From: Phycisphaerae bacterium
Lineage (GTDB): Bacteria > Planctomycetota > Phycisphaerae > UBA1845 > Fen-1342
DNA length: 64,000 bases
Reading direction: 5' to 3'
NCBI GenBank assembly: GCA_050115495.1
Contig: JASFQK010000025.1
Coordinates: forward strand, 30,462-94,461
Positions 18,701-25,097 of the stretch are shown in pieces (the first letter of the stretch is position 1; the number at the start of each line of letters is the position of its first letter). The notes below the pieces were generated by a model that ran no database searches, had not been told where the DNA came from, and was given only the letters and a program-made list of their open reading frames with translations. The position numbers were made by a program, and so were the translations under genes.

Positions 18701-19679
18701 GCACCTTCCGGATCTCCCGCACCGGGCCGGTCATCTTGAGCTGGTTGGTATCGTCCAGGGCCGAGATGGTCAGCCCCTCCGAAACCATCAGCTCGAACAT
18801 GGACTGCACACGCGCCGCTGGATGCCCGGTCACAGTCACGAACACCGTCACGAAGTCCATCGGCCGCGCCGTGGCCTTCTCGAACTCCTGCCGCGAACCG
18901 AAGATCTGTGATTCCTTCACATGCCAGGGCATCTCCGACAGCAGCACGACGTAGATGTGGTGCTCTTCCTCAACGAACCGGAAACCCCGCATCTGCATGA
19001 TGAGGTTCAGTTCGTCGATCGCCTCGTCCTTCGTGAACTTGTAGTCGCTGTGGTAGGTCAGCGTGCCGCCGATCGCCAGCATGTCCATGTCCGTCATCAG
19101 CGGCTTGCCGATGCGATCCGCGAAATACTGGATCACGTCCTCCCACGGCATGTCGTCGAAGTTGAACCACTCCTCGTCATCCGTGGCGTGGCTCACCGGC
19201 TTCGCCGGCCGCATCTCGACCTCGCGTGACCGCTGCATCTCATCCGGCCTGGGCACGGGCACCACCGGCTGCGTCGCGACGCCGTTCTCCGTCAAGAGCT
19301 CGCGCGGCGTGGCCGGCGGATATGGCGGACCGAAAAAGTCGTCATCCGGATCAACCGCCGGACGCTCCCCACGCGGCGTGACCACGTGCCCCGCCGGTTG
19401 TGAACCGGGTGCAGTCGGCGGCGGCTCGCCGGCTTCCTCCCGCTGCTTCTGCTCCTCAGCCTGCCGGGCCAGCTCCAGGAGGATCCGCATGTCCTCATCG
19501 GTATCCGGCTGGCTGGCCGGCTGCGAAGCCGGCGGCTGTTGCCCGCCGGCCTGCGCGTTCGGCGCCGCCGGCTGCGGTGGCTGGGTATCCTGCGCCGTCG
19601 CGAGGCCGATCAGGCCGATCGCAACGACCGCGCTGAGTATCGCGCCCCATGCACTGTGTCGAAGGTCTTGCCGCAACAT
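6729..19679 (-). CDS. Giant type II secretion secretin (GspD-like), ~4316 aa: signal peptide, N0 domain, ~41 Secretin_N-like repeats, C-terminal secretin domain
   Basis: N0: FNFDDMPWEDVIQYFADRIG; repeated (A)DxRTNSLIV-type motifs; C-terminal PQVSIEVLIVEV, NVLSRPHIVAMDNQPASI, VGIKLEVTPQIN, KVPLVGDLPLLGPLFR, ELLVILTPRVV; ATG 19679 with GAGG RBS. Confidence 0.95.
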   Translation of the reverse strand: MLRQDLRHSAWGAILSAVVAIGLIGLATAQDTQPPQPAAPNAQAGGQQPPASQPASQPDTDEDMRILLELARQAEEQKQREEAGEPPPTAPGSQPAGHVVTPRGERPAVDPDDDFFGPPYPPATPRELLTENGVATQPVVPVPRPDEMQRSREVEMRPAKPVSHATDDEEWFNFDDMPWEDVIQYFADRIGKPLMTDMDMLAIGGTLTYHSDYKFTKDEAIDELNLIMQMRGFRFVEEEHHIYVVLLSEMPWHVKESQIFGSRQEFEKATARPMDFVTVFVTVTGHPAARVQSMFELMVSEGLTISALDDTNQLKMTGPVREIRKVLDLMDRIAIKEGDPRKVKIFNVKTNASEVERIVRELLEVSSGPQMQLQRDPRTGRMIPVTTGGGDDRDIRIVADERTNTIIAKAIPSKLEEIQDLIDKVDAKPDIGEFKTEVIVIENANASDVADLLNKIFSQEQGSTATTPAWQRLRQLQQRGSSRTRRTTRTPTQAQTSPEDILAEGTFERAKKTIRLAADERTNSLIVYANAEGQKRVRELLETIDKVQPSNFQTIKLEQADAAQVFPTISQIVQNIGAGGRGRGASIVLDEANNQFHIIAEREAMQQIEEVIAELDVATPEGLRHMVQLQNIAPSRVAEVITPVLMSGGTTRSMTPTRGRFNRMRGATPAAVSTEVQIIPLDEAQTLIVVCSDEDWTKVEEIIQVLDEGVVSNKPRLETIDLQFGDAMSIASLLNNMYRGQYVHPALGRSAVLIQADGSTVLLYAIKPAIDEIKPLIEALDREDSSRYEILPLAHADATQVATEAMQLFGGVMSGRRPGRAVGGSGGAIIQAESVTNSLIVQADTATLEKIKAYAQERDEAVGAQLPEQRFFTLRFAQSREVASAVQAMYGSGSRKGGRPVGPQIKAVASGPQVVIEAPKDVMPEISAFIAQLDDPKGSEIIIRTVKLEGADVAQIASKLGNAFRSRNNVVARFDADTQAETIVVTCSKDVQEEIDRLIADYAEAQKGTEPRIEFRQMNYAQATEAANWLREQLVTYMQGILGRQAASKIKVTADARTNRVVINGPDVAVKQGLLLLDQYDIEPVKQPEPVIVNKTIKLVGLDVRKLASNLNSIFSKEPPRPDRLRATFSYDETTEMLIVSAPKDMFDRINEVITSFEKETADLALEQEFVKIVNADAAHVGNQLRQILVAQSARTRTVADRISITVEPRLNEVVLNVPKFVMPMAKALIAQLDQPPVAGSRLRTISLVKADANAVAGVLNNIFNEKIRAKTLQITAEPLTNSLIVGGGDEDFHEIEKWAMDLESRVDPHRGEMKIVELKTADPYEVLNILNSQYVPRRVGQRNQLGQEISFNVTGGRSIVVQAPPDRMTDILAIIEQLDAVAPADLKIQVYELKVLNAAQVAGQVQAYLSSVLPAPARGQMRPGAFPEPTTNTLLVIAPPDHMPFIDRLINGFESQKMPESDARTYVLKNSRAEQVAQSVDTMLKARIAQSEGQLARQIQAQTAVLADMVGNRLFVMAPEEYQKLAEELINMVDQEVESGDIVHIIALEKADAVQMGQSLNTVVAGMGRSAGSPGARSGAATVRITADAASNSIILAGMPEDMAKVEKWIEELESKSEVIPELQIFQLRNSSAYDVADTLGQLFPSGGRGAAMDKVTITPDESANRLLITANKRKMRQIEAFVAQLDAEIDMGDGLTDPNGRELFFVEVLRGSAFDLAWDVRQMFPPEDKGGPVIEADWFGEYIKVRCRPNEYDRIVAAIRKHERWIHPEHVARIRKLTGDTEAAVAYLRERMGGDTLDVQYMPAPTQRKTIVEPLWEDDEPLPWEQEENSAPERTPRRERQDKPQRSSSGKDVQPFKLGLPVSVALLGDDFEEALFDDQPPTTQPAGRRPSPPTAKPATAQEPPKREPPAAGQEPPLEKEQTRIVIQPDNTAIIYGPKEDVDEVEDVLDMLEEDMDLGEVIRIFQFKYGDVAAAAEVVQIMFNDRQTLRLPQQMQQMQQMQQQMQQMMQRGRGDQQGRDQGGMMDQFRGMVGGRQSGGRSGRTTSGERVRIATDPGHNYLIIKCQESDLPEIKQLLRELDIPPGKVEIKVFQLYNLDAQETAGNIREVLGINKVQQRRGSSAPRTNRRGGNAQQQLLEMLQQQTVAVAGVEGGAKVESVEIVANAVTNSLMVSAPPEVMQLIEEVITELEQLEGRDVVGIYHYELLNAKRVDDVLPLLQEVFAAATSGGGGRGGRGSAGSPGSLGPVTISGDPRTNTIIFTAEAKDVEKVLDQIQRLDIEGAIAEAETYACKYGDASAIADVVSSIYAGGTTGRPGRGGGGNTSVASQDLRIVAEPTSNVIVVFGTPDKRAIVLEKIEELDLGDKRDIREIDVIYANPEELADKLLEMFGGTGAATSSRRGPRGSSGSTGGSLVIIGDKNSKKLLVRAPDPTFLQIEDVVATLDQPNEGMQLRRFAVQYADPESLVATLQDALMQFVQMNSFSGRGGGRSMELGFDPFTVVPDTRTKSIIVVGSQQTFAFVESVLATIDVETPADMRRDFRVFVLDKADAEVVAEAINSYASGGSSESAGSMRRGGGRGMMSMMGGGTSMSARELDVQATADVSTNAVMVFGRSDDIDFVAEKVIDMYEESIQFQIATIPVENVKPTEIASFIWQFIDQREQSGGSSRGRGSGGRGAAGESTGPQMVPFDNNQTLVVRGTPRDIEEIRGLVERFDHPDVISPNIAVIKVPLGQDVERLATNVERIVNESEEQDAERTGRTARRVSVEPELYTNTLMVGGDQILFGRVQMVVDQLAAVKADRQVTRVIQLRGRSAQDVQNLINELQQRRGSSGGSRSTPTRSGGSSRRSRGRGDATWPNMRETRESLWPAPTPAGLAPYVSVTMLQPSVGAALVGQWLSDDSEDDPPQAGPKPRPRGTTPARPQRPRAGADKQPKAQPAPVRTTPVKATPKPAAEEPVTDAPQTQPVVEGITGISGELRGDVIVTAIDDHQVILSGDETDIDFIEQILIMMEATAPQALVEVFYVNNAKATALAPVIETAIKARIDVTGIDEQFSINAEGRSNALIVAASETIMEQIAELIEKLDLDPTDRTDFRCVPLQHVRASEAVAKLRPIIEKLNDQREVPKESQATIEADDRSNSVFVVGTLQDVADIERMLEAYDVEIKDDEARASFVRADAMLIQLQNGQATDIAKVLTDMIEAEQDAAREASSGGDRAAKPYVSVIKLRMPDGRELPELDLERPIRIVAEEGTNSLIIFSTPKNNEALTEIVQVFDTLPIGAETELRAISLQYASAEDVASLLEEVFKDKSPLMRPSEGDSQGFKEGVLPPVPPGVTGKGLPYNVVVQHDVRSNTVIVIGRQDAVLLAAGLIAELDKPTQELGMRAYVIELKNIPATSLQEKLSDLLEQRTQALGGKNESRDNAVIIPDDRSNRLVVFATRDVYDMIEELAMELDAPDPYRVVATRYRRLGHADAQKLAGLLEELFDRKKDAEKEQSSEAKDVLSVIADARSNSLILTGTRDYLAEAEALIDNLDQQFDPTVVMKVRPIKLNSAANIATLLQDLVDTALKEQDSNLKGTPIHIASDPLSESLLMAASAEDMVNLDRWVDLLDRPNELGRMMKIVPLRRGSAEDVAKAAETIFKNVGDNDVDVSVTSDPSTNSVVAFGPPALVAEIADFARRLDDTDPGTGAIVRIFKLEQTDAESASDVLSNILEGRGGSVGGSSGGSSGRSTQANEKQVMLLFQRENPGEGLETLKAMRGDVTVIGDLRTNSLVIIAPPESMPLMESLVAVIDVPPDAARIRIFALKNADAEETVNMLNELFERRTAGQSGGSRSGSDESERELTLGGGAGGGREEVSFTTDMRTNSVIAAGTPGYLDLVEQLILQLDTVPMVDRKTIVYPPRNMVAADLATAVKDWSDQEQQRLDELGEDISLAVRQESEVGAIAYEASNRIILSYSPRREEEILRMVRELDQCPPQVSIEVLIVEVSMGNSLELGVEFAFQDLQYVKAGLDDTTTFDYVGGTDVGAAGAGLGGFTFTITGRDFNFLLHTLQSENSLNVLSRPHIVAMDNQPASISVTDSVPYVTGTQTTTGGQISTSVQRSDVGIKLEVTPQINPDGYVRLEIRQEVSDLSDSTIAVGQGLTAPIFNERVAETVVTVQDNETVVLGGLIQTRESKTEQKVPLVGDLPLLGPLFRFQTDDHKRSELLVILTPRVVRTVEDYRELSIEARDHAGIIPDKVKTDPLMRGLRVRPEELMPVDGGELLGPYRSGEPTDQGTEEEQYGPLPPVRLEPRDLGLRYDPNSYDVPMSLFASKD
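13648..13700 (-). repeat. Imperfect 9-bp tandem repeat encoding QQMQQMQQMQQQMQQMMQ inside the secretin
   Basis: (tgcatctgc)n units visible on the + strand. Confidence 0.8.
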
Positions 19680-19913
19680 CCGTGCACCTCTTCCTGATAA
19701 GGCGTCTGAGCCGTCCGTTCCAGAGCGGCTCTCAGGCACTGTCATGAACGGCCGCCGCGCTGGCCGGCACGTCCCTCTCCCATCTCTCACAACAACTGAT
19801 CCGGTCGGGGCCGTCCCCGGAATCCGTCCCGCCCCGAGGCCCCGGCGACCCGTCAGGTCATCAACTTATACTCACCAACCGCGCCCGGGTCGCACGACCC
19901 GGACCCACTCTGC

Positions 19914-21047
19914 TTAACCCGGAGCCAGGGCCAGCTCCAGCGCCCGCTGAAGCTCCGGCTCGCTCGCCGGATCCAGCTCCCGGCGATCCGCAAACGTGGC
20001 TCCCAGGTCGTACACGTAGTACTTGTATCCGAACGATCCATCCCGCTCTTCCGCGGGCACCTGCTCCACCATGCCCCGCGGATAGACGAGCACCAGCGTC
20101 CCATCCCACACGGGCTCGTTGATGTGGATCCTCTCCGGCTCCAGGTCCAGCCGGTCATCGTCCCGCACGTACGCCGTCAACACGCCGTCCGTCGACGTCA
20201 CGCCGATCAGTGTCTTGTTCGGCGGCGGCTCCTCGCGCACCACCACTGGCCCCGGCTCCGGCCCGTCGTTGGCGATCGGCGGCGGGTCGGGCGGCGTTGG
20301 CGTTGTCCGCGTCGGCGTCCACAGTTTGAAGACGTTCTTGTCCAGAACGGCCGCGTACTCGTCCGACGGCCGCGGCAACCGCCCCTGCTGCGCCTCGTCC
20401 ACCGGCTCAGGCCGTTCGATCGCGGCCTGCTCTACATCCTTGATCTCCGGCAGCACTAGCGCCGTCGCCGTCAGGGTGATGTTGAGCGGCGGGCCGTCCG
20501 GTCCGGCGGCCACCGGCTGCTCGTTACGCCGGTTTGACGGCGCGTTACGTGCCCCGGGGCCGCGGCTCCGCGACGACCGCCTGCTCTCCACCGCCGACAG
20601 GTTGATCTGCTCCAGGCGGGCCGGGTACTCCCGGCGGTAGAAGTCGCACAGGAAGCCGAGCACCTGCTTGAACGTGCCGCGCGTGGTCACCGACAGGCGT
20701 ACCTCGGTGAAGTGCGTCGACTTCAGCGTGCGGGCCGGCAGGTTGCGGATCGTGCAGCTTTCGCCCAGCCCATGCGCATCGAGCAGGTTGCTCATGTCCT
20801 CGCGGAAGCGCCCCGCCCCGACACCTTCGTTGTGCGCCAGGGGCTGAATGGCCCCCCAGTCCTCGACTGCACGCTTGGCGTGCACTAGCCGCGTCTCCAG
20901 CTCCTGCTTGCGGCTGATCGCTGCCGTCATCTCTTTGTCGAGATTGTCCCAGCGGTCGATCACCCCCCACTGGATCGCCATCCAGAGCCCGCCGAGAACC
21001 AGGATGCCGGCCACACACGCAGCCAGGACTCTCTCGCGTGGATTCAT
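19914..21047 (-). CDS. PilO/GspM-like inner-membrane platform protein with extra C-terminal (GspC-like) region
   Basis: MNPRERVL start, single TM, coiled coil, GTFKQVLGFLCDF (PilO-like), Pro-rich linker, then TLIGVT...AYVRD beta domain. Confidence 0.65.
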   Translation of the reverse strand: MNPRERVLAACVAGILVLGGLWMAIQWGVIDRWDNLDKEMTAAISRKQELETRLVHAKRAVEDWGAIQPLAHNEGVGAGRFREDMSNLLDAHGLGESCTIRNLPARTLKSTHFTEVRLSVTTRGTFKQVLGFLCDFYRREYPARLEQINLSAVESRRSSRSRGPGARNAPSNRRNEQPVAAGPDGPPLNITLTATALVLPEIKDVEQAAIERPEPVDEAQQGRLPRPSDEYAAVLDKNVFKLWTPTRTTPTPPDPPPIANDGPEPGPVVVREEPPPNKTLIGVTSTDGVLTAYVRDDDRLDLEPERIHINEPVWDGTLVLVYPRGMVEQVPAEERDGSFGYKYYVYDLGATFADRRELDPASEPELQRALELALAPG

Positions 21048-21077
21048 CAACACACTCCGTAGGCAACCACCGTGGGC

Positions 21078-22673
21078 CTAGAGCTTCTTGAGCTTCTGCT
21101 TGCGGGCCTTCTCGCGCGCTTCCCGCTCTTCCAGGTGCTTCTGCAGGGTGCGCAGCTGCACCTCGACGTCCACCGCCTTGCGGAAGTCGCCGTCGCGGCT
21201 GGTCACCGTTCGCAGGCTGCCCTGCTTGGCCAGGTACGGCCGCACGCCGTCGACCTCGAGAGCGTTCAGCGCCGCCACGAACTGGCCCGGCACCTCCCAC
21301 TCCGTCGCCAGCACCTTCTTCAGCGTCATCTTCGCCTGCCGCGCGTCCAGGGACATCTGCTGCACCAGCATGTCCTTGCCCGGCTCCACGGCCGCTTCGG
21401 CCAACTGCCGCAGGTGCTCCGGCCAGACGGCGTCCACCTGCCAGTCCTCCACGGACTCGACCATGTTCTCGATCTTGACGTAGCTCTCCAGCTCTTTGCG
21501 AATCTTGGATGACTCGCTCCGGATGGTCCGCAACTCGGCGCTGCGCCGCATGTAGAGCGACGCGTCCGTCACCGCCGCCGCCACCAGCACGACCCCCGCC
21601 GCCATCGCCCCCATCCGCAGCCGGCGCTTCAGCACCGCCCGCGGCGGAACCGGCTTCTTCGGATTCAGAAAGTCGATCGCCAGCGAGCCGTCCCGCCCCA
21701 GTCCCCAGGCCAGGCCCAGCGGTGCGGCGAAGGAACGCAGCTTGACCGAGTCCTCCACCGGCGCGCCCAACGCTTCCGTCGGGTCGAACAGCATGCCGCG
21801 CACGCCGAAGCGGCGATCCGCCGCCTCCAGCAGCGCCGCCTCCACGCCCGTTCCGCCGGCCACGACGATGCGGTCGATGACCGCCTCCGGCTCGTTGGCC
21901 CGGTAGGCCTGCAACGTGCGGGTGATCTCGACGGTGAGCTCGCGTACTGCCGCCTCGACAGCGTCGTCGGCGCCTTCCAGGTCGGTCACGTCGGCCAGCG
22001 ACGTCAGCCGCGAATCCTCGGTCGACGCCTCCGCCGCCATCGGTACGGTCACGTTGGCCGAGCGGGCGAAGACCAGTTGCCCGCTGATCATGATGTCGAT
22101 CTCGGCCGTGGTCGGGCCGACGTTCACGAAGAGCACGCGCTGGTCGGCGAGACCGGCCAGATGATTGACGCTGACCAGGCTCGAATAGGGCCGCAGGCCA
22201 ACACGGGCCGCGGTCAGCCCGGCCGCCGTGCAGGTGGCCTGCACCGCTTCGAGCGCCTCGCGCGGCACCGCCGCCAGCAGCACCTCCGTGGTCAGGCCGC
22301 GGTCATCGCGGGCCCGCACCACGTAGTCGATGGCCGCCCCTTCCAGCGGGAAGGGCAGCTCCTTCATCGCCTGGAACCGCACCGCTGCGGCCACCTCATG
22401 GGCCGGCGTCGGCGGCAGCGTCAGCCGATTGATCACCGCCTTCTCACGCGGGATGTCCACCACTGCCCGCGTGTGGTGCCAGTGGTGGCGGCGCACCATC
22501 TGCTGAATGAACTCGCCCAGCGCCTCCGGGTTCTCCACGTCCACCGTCTTCGGAATGCGGTGCGAGTGGGCGTCCTCCAGCGTCATCTGCCCGCTACCCA
22601 GGCGAGCCACGACCAACCGGAGCGACGACGCGTCCCAGTCGAGGCACAGCACTTTCCGCGGAAGTTTCGTCAC
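21078..22673 (-). CDS. PilM (actin-like)-PilN fusion, functional GspL equivalent
   Basis: VLCLDWD, AVRFQAMKELPF, IDY, EVLLAAV, VNVGPTTAEI, VVAGG, then DFLNPKK + TM + coiled coil; GTG start with AAAGGGA RBS. Confidence 0.85.
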   Translation of the reverse strand: MTKLPRKVLCLDWDASSLRLVVARLGSGQMTLEDAHSHRIPKTVDVENPEALGEFIQQMVRRHHWHHTRAVVDIPREKAVINRLTLPPTPAHEVAAAVRFQAMKELPFPLEGAAIDYVVRARDDRGLTTEVLLAAVPREALEAVQATCTAAGLTAARVGLRPYSSLVSVNHLAGLADQRVLFVNVGPTTAEIDIMISGQLVFARSANVTVPMAAEASTEDSRLTSLADVTDLEGADDAVEAAVRELTVEITRTLQAYRANEPEAVIDRIVVAGGTGVEAALLEAADRRFGVRGMLFDPTEALGAPVEDSVKLRSFAAPLGLAWGLGRDGSLAIDFLNPKKPVPPRAVLKRRLRMGAMAAGVVLVAAAVTDASLYMRRSAELRTIRSESSKIRKELESYVKIENMVESVEDWQVDAVWPEHLRQLAEAAVEPGKDMLVQQMSLDARQAKMTLKKVLATEWEVPGQFVAALNALEVDGVRPYLAKQGSLRTVTSRDGDFRKAVDVEVQLRTLQKHLEEREAREKARKQKLKKL

Positions 22674-22707
22674 CGCCTGTCCCTTTCTGCACGCCACGGC
22701 AAACGCA

Positions 22708-24267
22708 TCACGGCTCGGTCCCGCCCATCTCCACGCCCGTGCCGGCAATCTCCTCGTTGTCGATCGGCCACGCCGGCCCCAGCCGGTTCAGGTCGCGGTA
22801 GTAGCGCACCTGGTCCAGCGGCCCGGCCATCTCGATCACCCATTCAATCCGCTGTATCGCCTGCTGATGGTCGGCGTAGCCCAGCACTTCGACGTGGAAC
22901 TGGTACGCCTTCGTCGTGATGTACGGAGCGATGGCGTGGAACGTCGCCACGTCCACCGCTTCGGCCATCATCGGCCAGGCCGTCGTCCGCCGGGCGTCGG
23001 CCGACAGTTGCGCCCGCGTCTCCACGAGCATCGCCGCCCCCTCCGCCGGCAGCCCCGGGATCAGCGCCAGCACGCGAACCGGCGCCGTGTTGACGTTGAT
23101 CAGTCCCTCCAGCGCTTCCTGGGCCGCTTCGGTCGAACGCGTAGTGAAACGGTCCATCAGGTAGGGCAGCTCCTCGAGCGTCACCGGGCTCCCGGCGAGC
23201 GCCCCGCCGCCCTGGCCCTCTTCGGCCGCGAGCGCGTCCGCCCCCTGGTACAGCTCCGCCGGGCTCTGAAGCTGGCTGAAATTGAAGTTCTCTCCCTTGA
23301 GCTGGAGGATGTAGTTGATGGCCCCCTGGCACACGGCCAAGTCATCCTCGCTGAAGCACACGGCGATCTGCGCCTGGATCGACGCCGCGTCGAGGTTCAG
23401 GTTGATCCGTGGCTTGTTGTCCAGCGCGGTGTCCGGCTCGCTCGACCAGACCGTCAGGAACGGCGCGATGCCGCGGTTCAGGATCCCGTCCGCGTTGTCG
23501 TAGTACGGGAACGATCCCTCGCCATCGTCCTCGTTCGGATCGAGGATGCCGTTGCGGTTGACGTCCTCGCCCCACAGCACCGCGGCGTTGAAGCCCTTCA
23601 CCAGCAGCAGTTCCTCGATCGAATCGAACCGCCCGTTCTTCGCCTGGTACGGCGGCTCGAGCGTGTTGTAGTAGTCGCTGCTCTCCGCTCCGCCGTCGCG
23701 CGTGTCGTCGTCCTCGTCCCGCCAGTCCAGCAGGGCGTTGATCAGGTCTTCCGGATTCTCGACCTCCAGGTCGAACAGCAGCGGCCCCAGCAGTTCGCCG
23801 ATCTGATCTTCCGTCGCCGTGTTCAGGTTCAGCTTGCTCGCCTCGGGCGTGACGCCGAAGCGCATCGAAGGCGTCTCGGAACCCGCCGGATCCTGGTAGC
23901 GGTCGGCCACGACGCTGAAGCGCCAGGCCGGCTCCGGCACGTTCTGCGTGCGAAACAGCTCGGCCCGCGAACCTGTCTGCCGCACCGGATCGCTCTCGCG
24001 ATCGTACGACCGCGCCCAGATCAGGGCGTGCCGAAAACGGCTCGGCCGGTCGAACCATGCCGACGCATCGTGCGGGCTCTCCCGCAGGATCGAGATCACC
24101 TCTTCCATCCCCGACTGCGCCGCCAGCCGCGCCTGCTGCCCCTCGCCGAAGGCCACCGTGCCGGCGTTTTCCGCCCGCACGAAAAAGATGAACCCCGCCA
24201 TGGTCAGGGCCAGCAGCCCGATCAGCACGAGCACGATCGGCAGAATGATGCCGCGGCGATGGGCCAT
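22708..24267 (-). CDS. gspK: Type II secretion minor pseudopilin GspK
   Basis: RRGIILPIVLV prepilin-like N-terminus, EASKLNLN, LLDWRD, FDSIEELLLVKG, LINVNTAP. Confidence 0.92.
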   Translation of the reverse strand: MAHRRGIILPIVLVLIGLLALTMAGFIFFVRAENAGTVAFGEGQQARLAAQSGMEEVISILRESPHDASAWFDRPSRFRHALIWARSYDRESDPVRQTGSRAELFRTQNVPEPAWRFSVVADRYQDPAGSETPSMRFGVTPEASKLNLNTATEDQIGELLGPLLFDLEVENPEDLINALLDWRDEDDDTRDGGAESSDYYNTLEPPYQAKNGRFDSIEELLLVKGFNAAVLWGEDVNRNGILDPNEDDGEGSFPYYDNADGILNRGIAPFLTVWSSEPDTALDNKPRINLNLDAASIQAQIAVCFSEDDLAVCQGAINYILQLKGENFNFSQLQSPAELYQGADALAAEEGQGGGALAGSPVTLEELPYLMDRFTTRSTEAAQEALEGLINVNTAPVRVLALIPGLPAEGAAMLVETRAQLSADARRTTAWPMMAEAVDVATFHAIAPYITTKAYQFHVEVLGYADHQQAIQRIEWVIEMAGPLDQVRYYRDLNRLGPAWPIDNEEIAGTGVEMGGTEP

Positions 24268-25097
24268 CAGAAGTTACCCTCCACGCCGAGCTGCTCCCCG
24301 AACTCCTTGCCCACGCGCTGCAACCGGCTCGAGAAGAACCGGTCGGCCGCCGGAATCCGCACGATGATGCTGTAGCGGTCCGGATGGACCTGGTCGTCAC
24401 CCAGCGGATAGTCGGCGATGGGGTACGTCGTCAGGTCCTGGTCTTCGTACTCCTCACGCAGCAACGGGTCGAACCCCACCGTGACCTGCACCAGTTGCGG
24501 CAGCGGGTTGCCCTCTTCCAGGTCCCACGTCGTCGTCCATTCCACGCCGTCGAAGTAGCGGAACTCGAGGTAGTGCAGTTCCGGCGACCACAGATCATGG
24601 CGAAGCTGCTCCGGGTCCTCCTCGTCCACCAGGAACTGGTTCAGCGTCTTCTTCTCGACACGCAGCAGACCCTCCACCACCGGGTCGCCGTCTTCCGTCT
24701 CCTCGTCCGGGTTGATGTGCAGCATGTAGCTGAGCTCGACCAGGTCGTGCTGGCCGGGCGGCAGCGTGTCGAACTCGCTGTAGAACTGGTACTGCTCGTC
24801 GGCCGGCAGCGCCGTCGTCACGAAGTGGATGCTGCGCCGGTCCCCTGTGAGCCGCGGCTCGACCGGAAAGCCAAACTGCTCCGTGCCCAGACAGCCGCGC
24901 AGCTCGGCGGCGATGCGGCTCAGCACCAGGCGGGCGACCTCCGTACGGTCGGCGATCGCCGCGGCCTGCTGCCGCATGTTGAGGCTCCCGAAGTAGAAGG
25001 TCAGCAGCGCACCGACGAGCATGGTGATCAGCGTGATGGAGATCACCACTTCGAGCAGGGTGAGGCCCCGCGTCGGCCGTCGGGCGCACTGCGTCAT
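24267..25097 (-). CDS. Minor pseudopilin (GspJ-like)
   Basis: RGLTLLEVVISI N-methylation motif; LEFRYFDG..W...W..LPQLVQVTV C-terminus. Confidence 0.82.
   Translation of the reverse strand: MTQCARRPTRGLTLLEVVISITLITMLVGALLTFYFGSLNMRQQAAAIADRTEVARLVLSRIAAELRGCLGTEQFGFPVEPRLTGDRRSIHFVTTALPADEQYQFYSEFDTLPPGQHDLVELSYMLHINPDEETEDGDPVVEGLLRVEKKTLNQFLVDEEDPEQLRHDLWSPELHYLEFRYFDGVEWTTTWDLEEGNPLPQLVQVTVGFDPLLREEYEDQDLTTYPIADYPLGDDQVHPDRYSIIVRIPAADRFFSSRLQRVGKEFGEQLGVEGNF

Noticed and set aside
19680..19790. Longer N-terminus of the secretin in the ORF track (4353 aa)
   Set aside because: ATG 19679 has a GAGG RBS and places the signal peptide at the N-terminus
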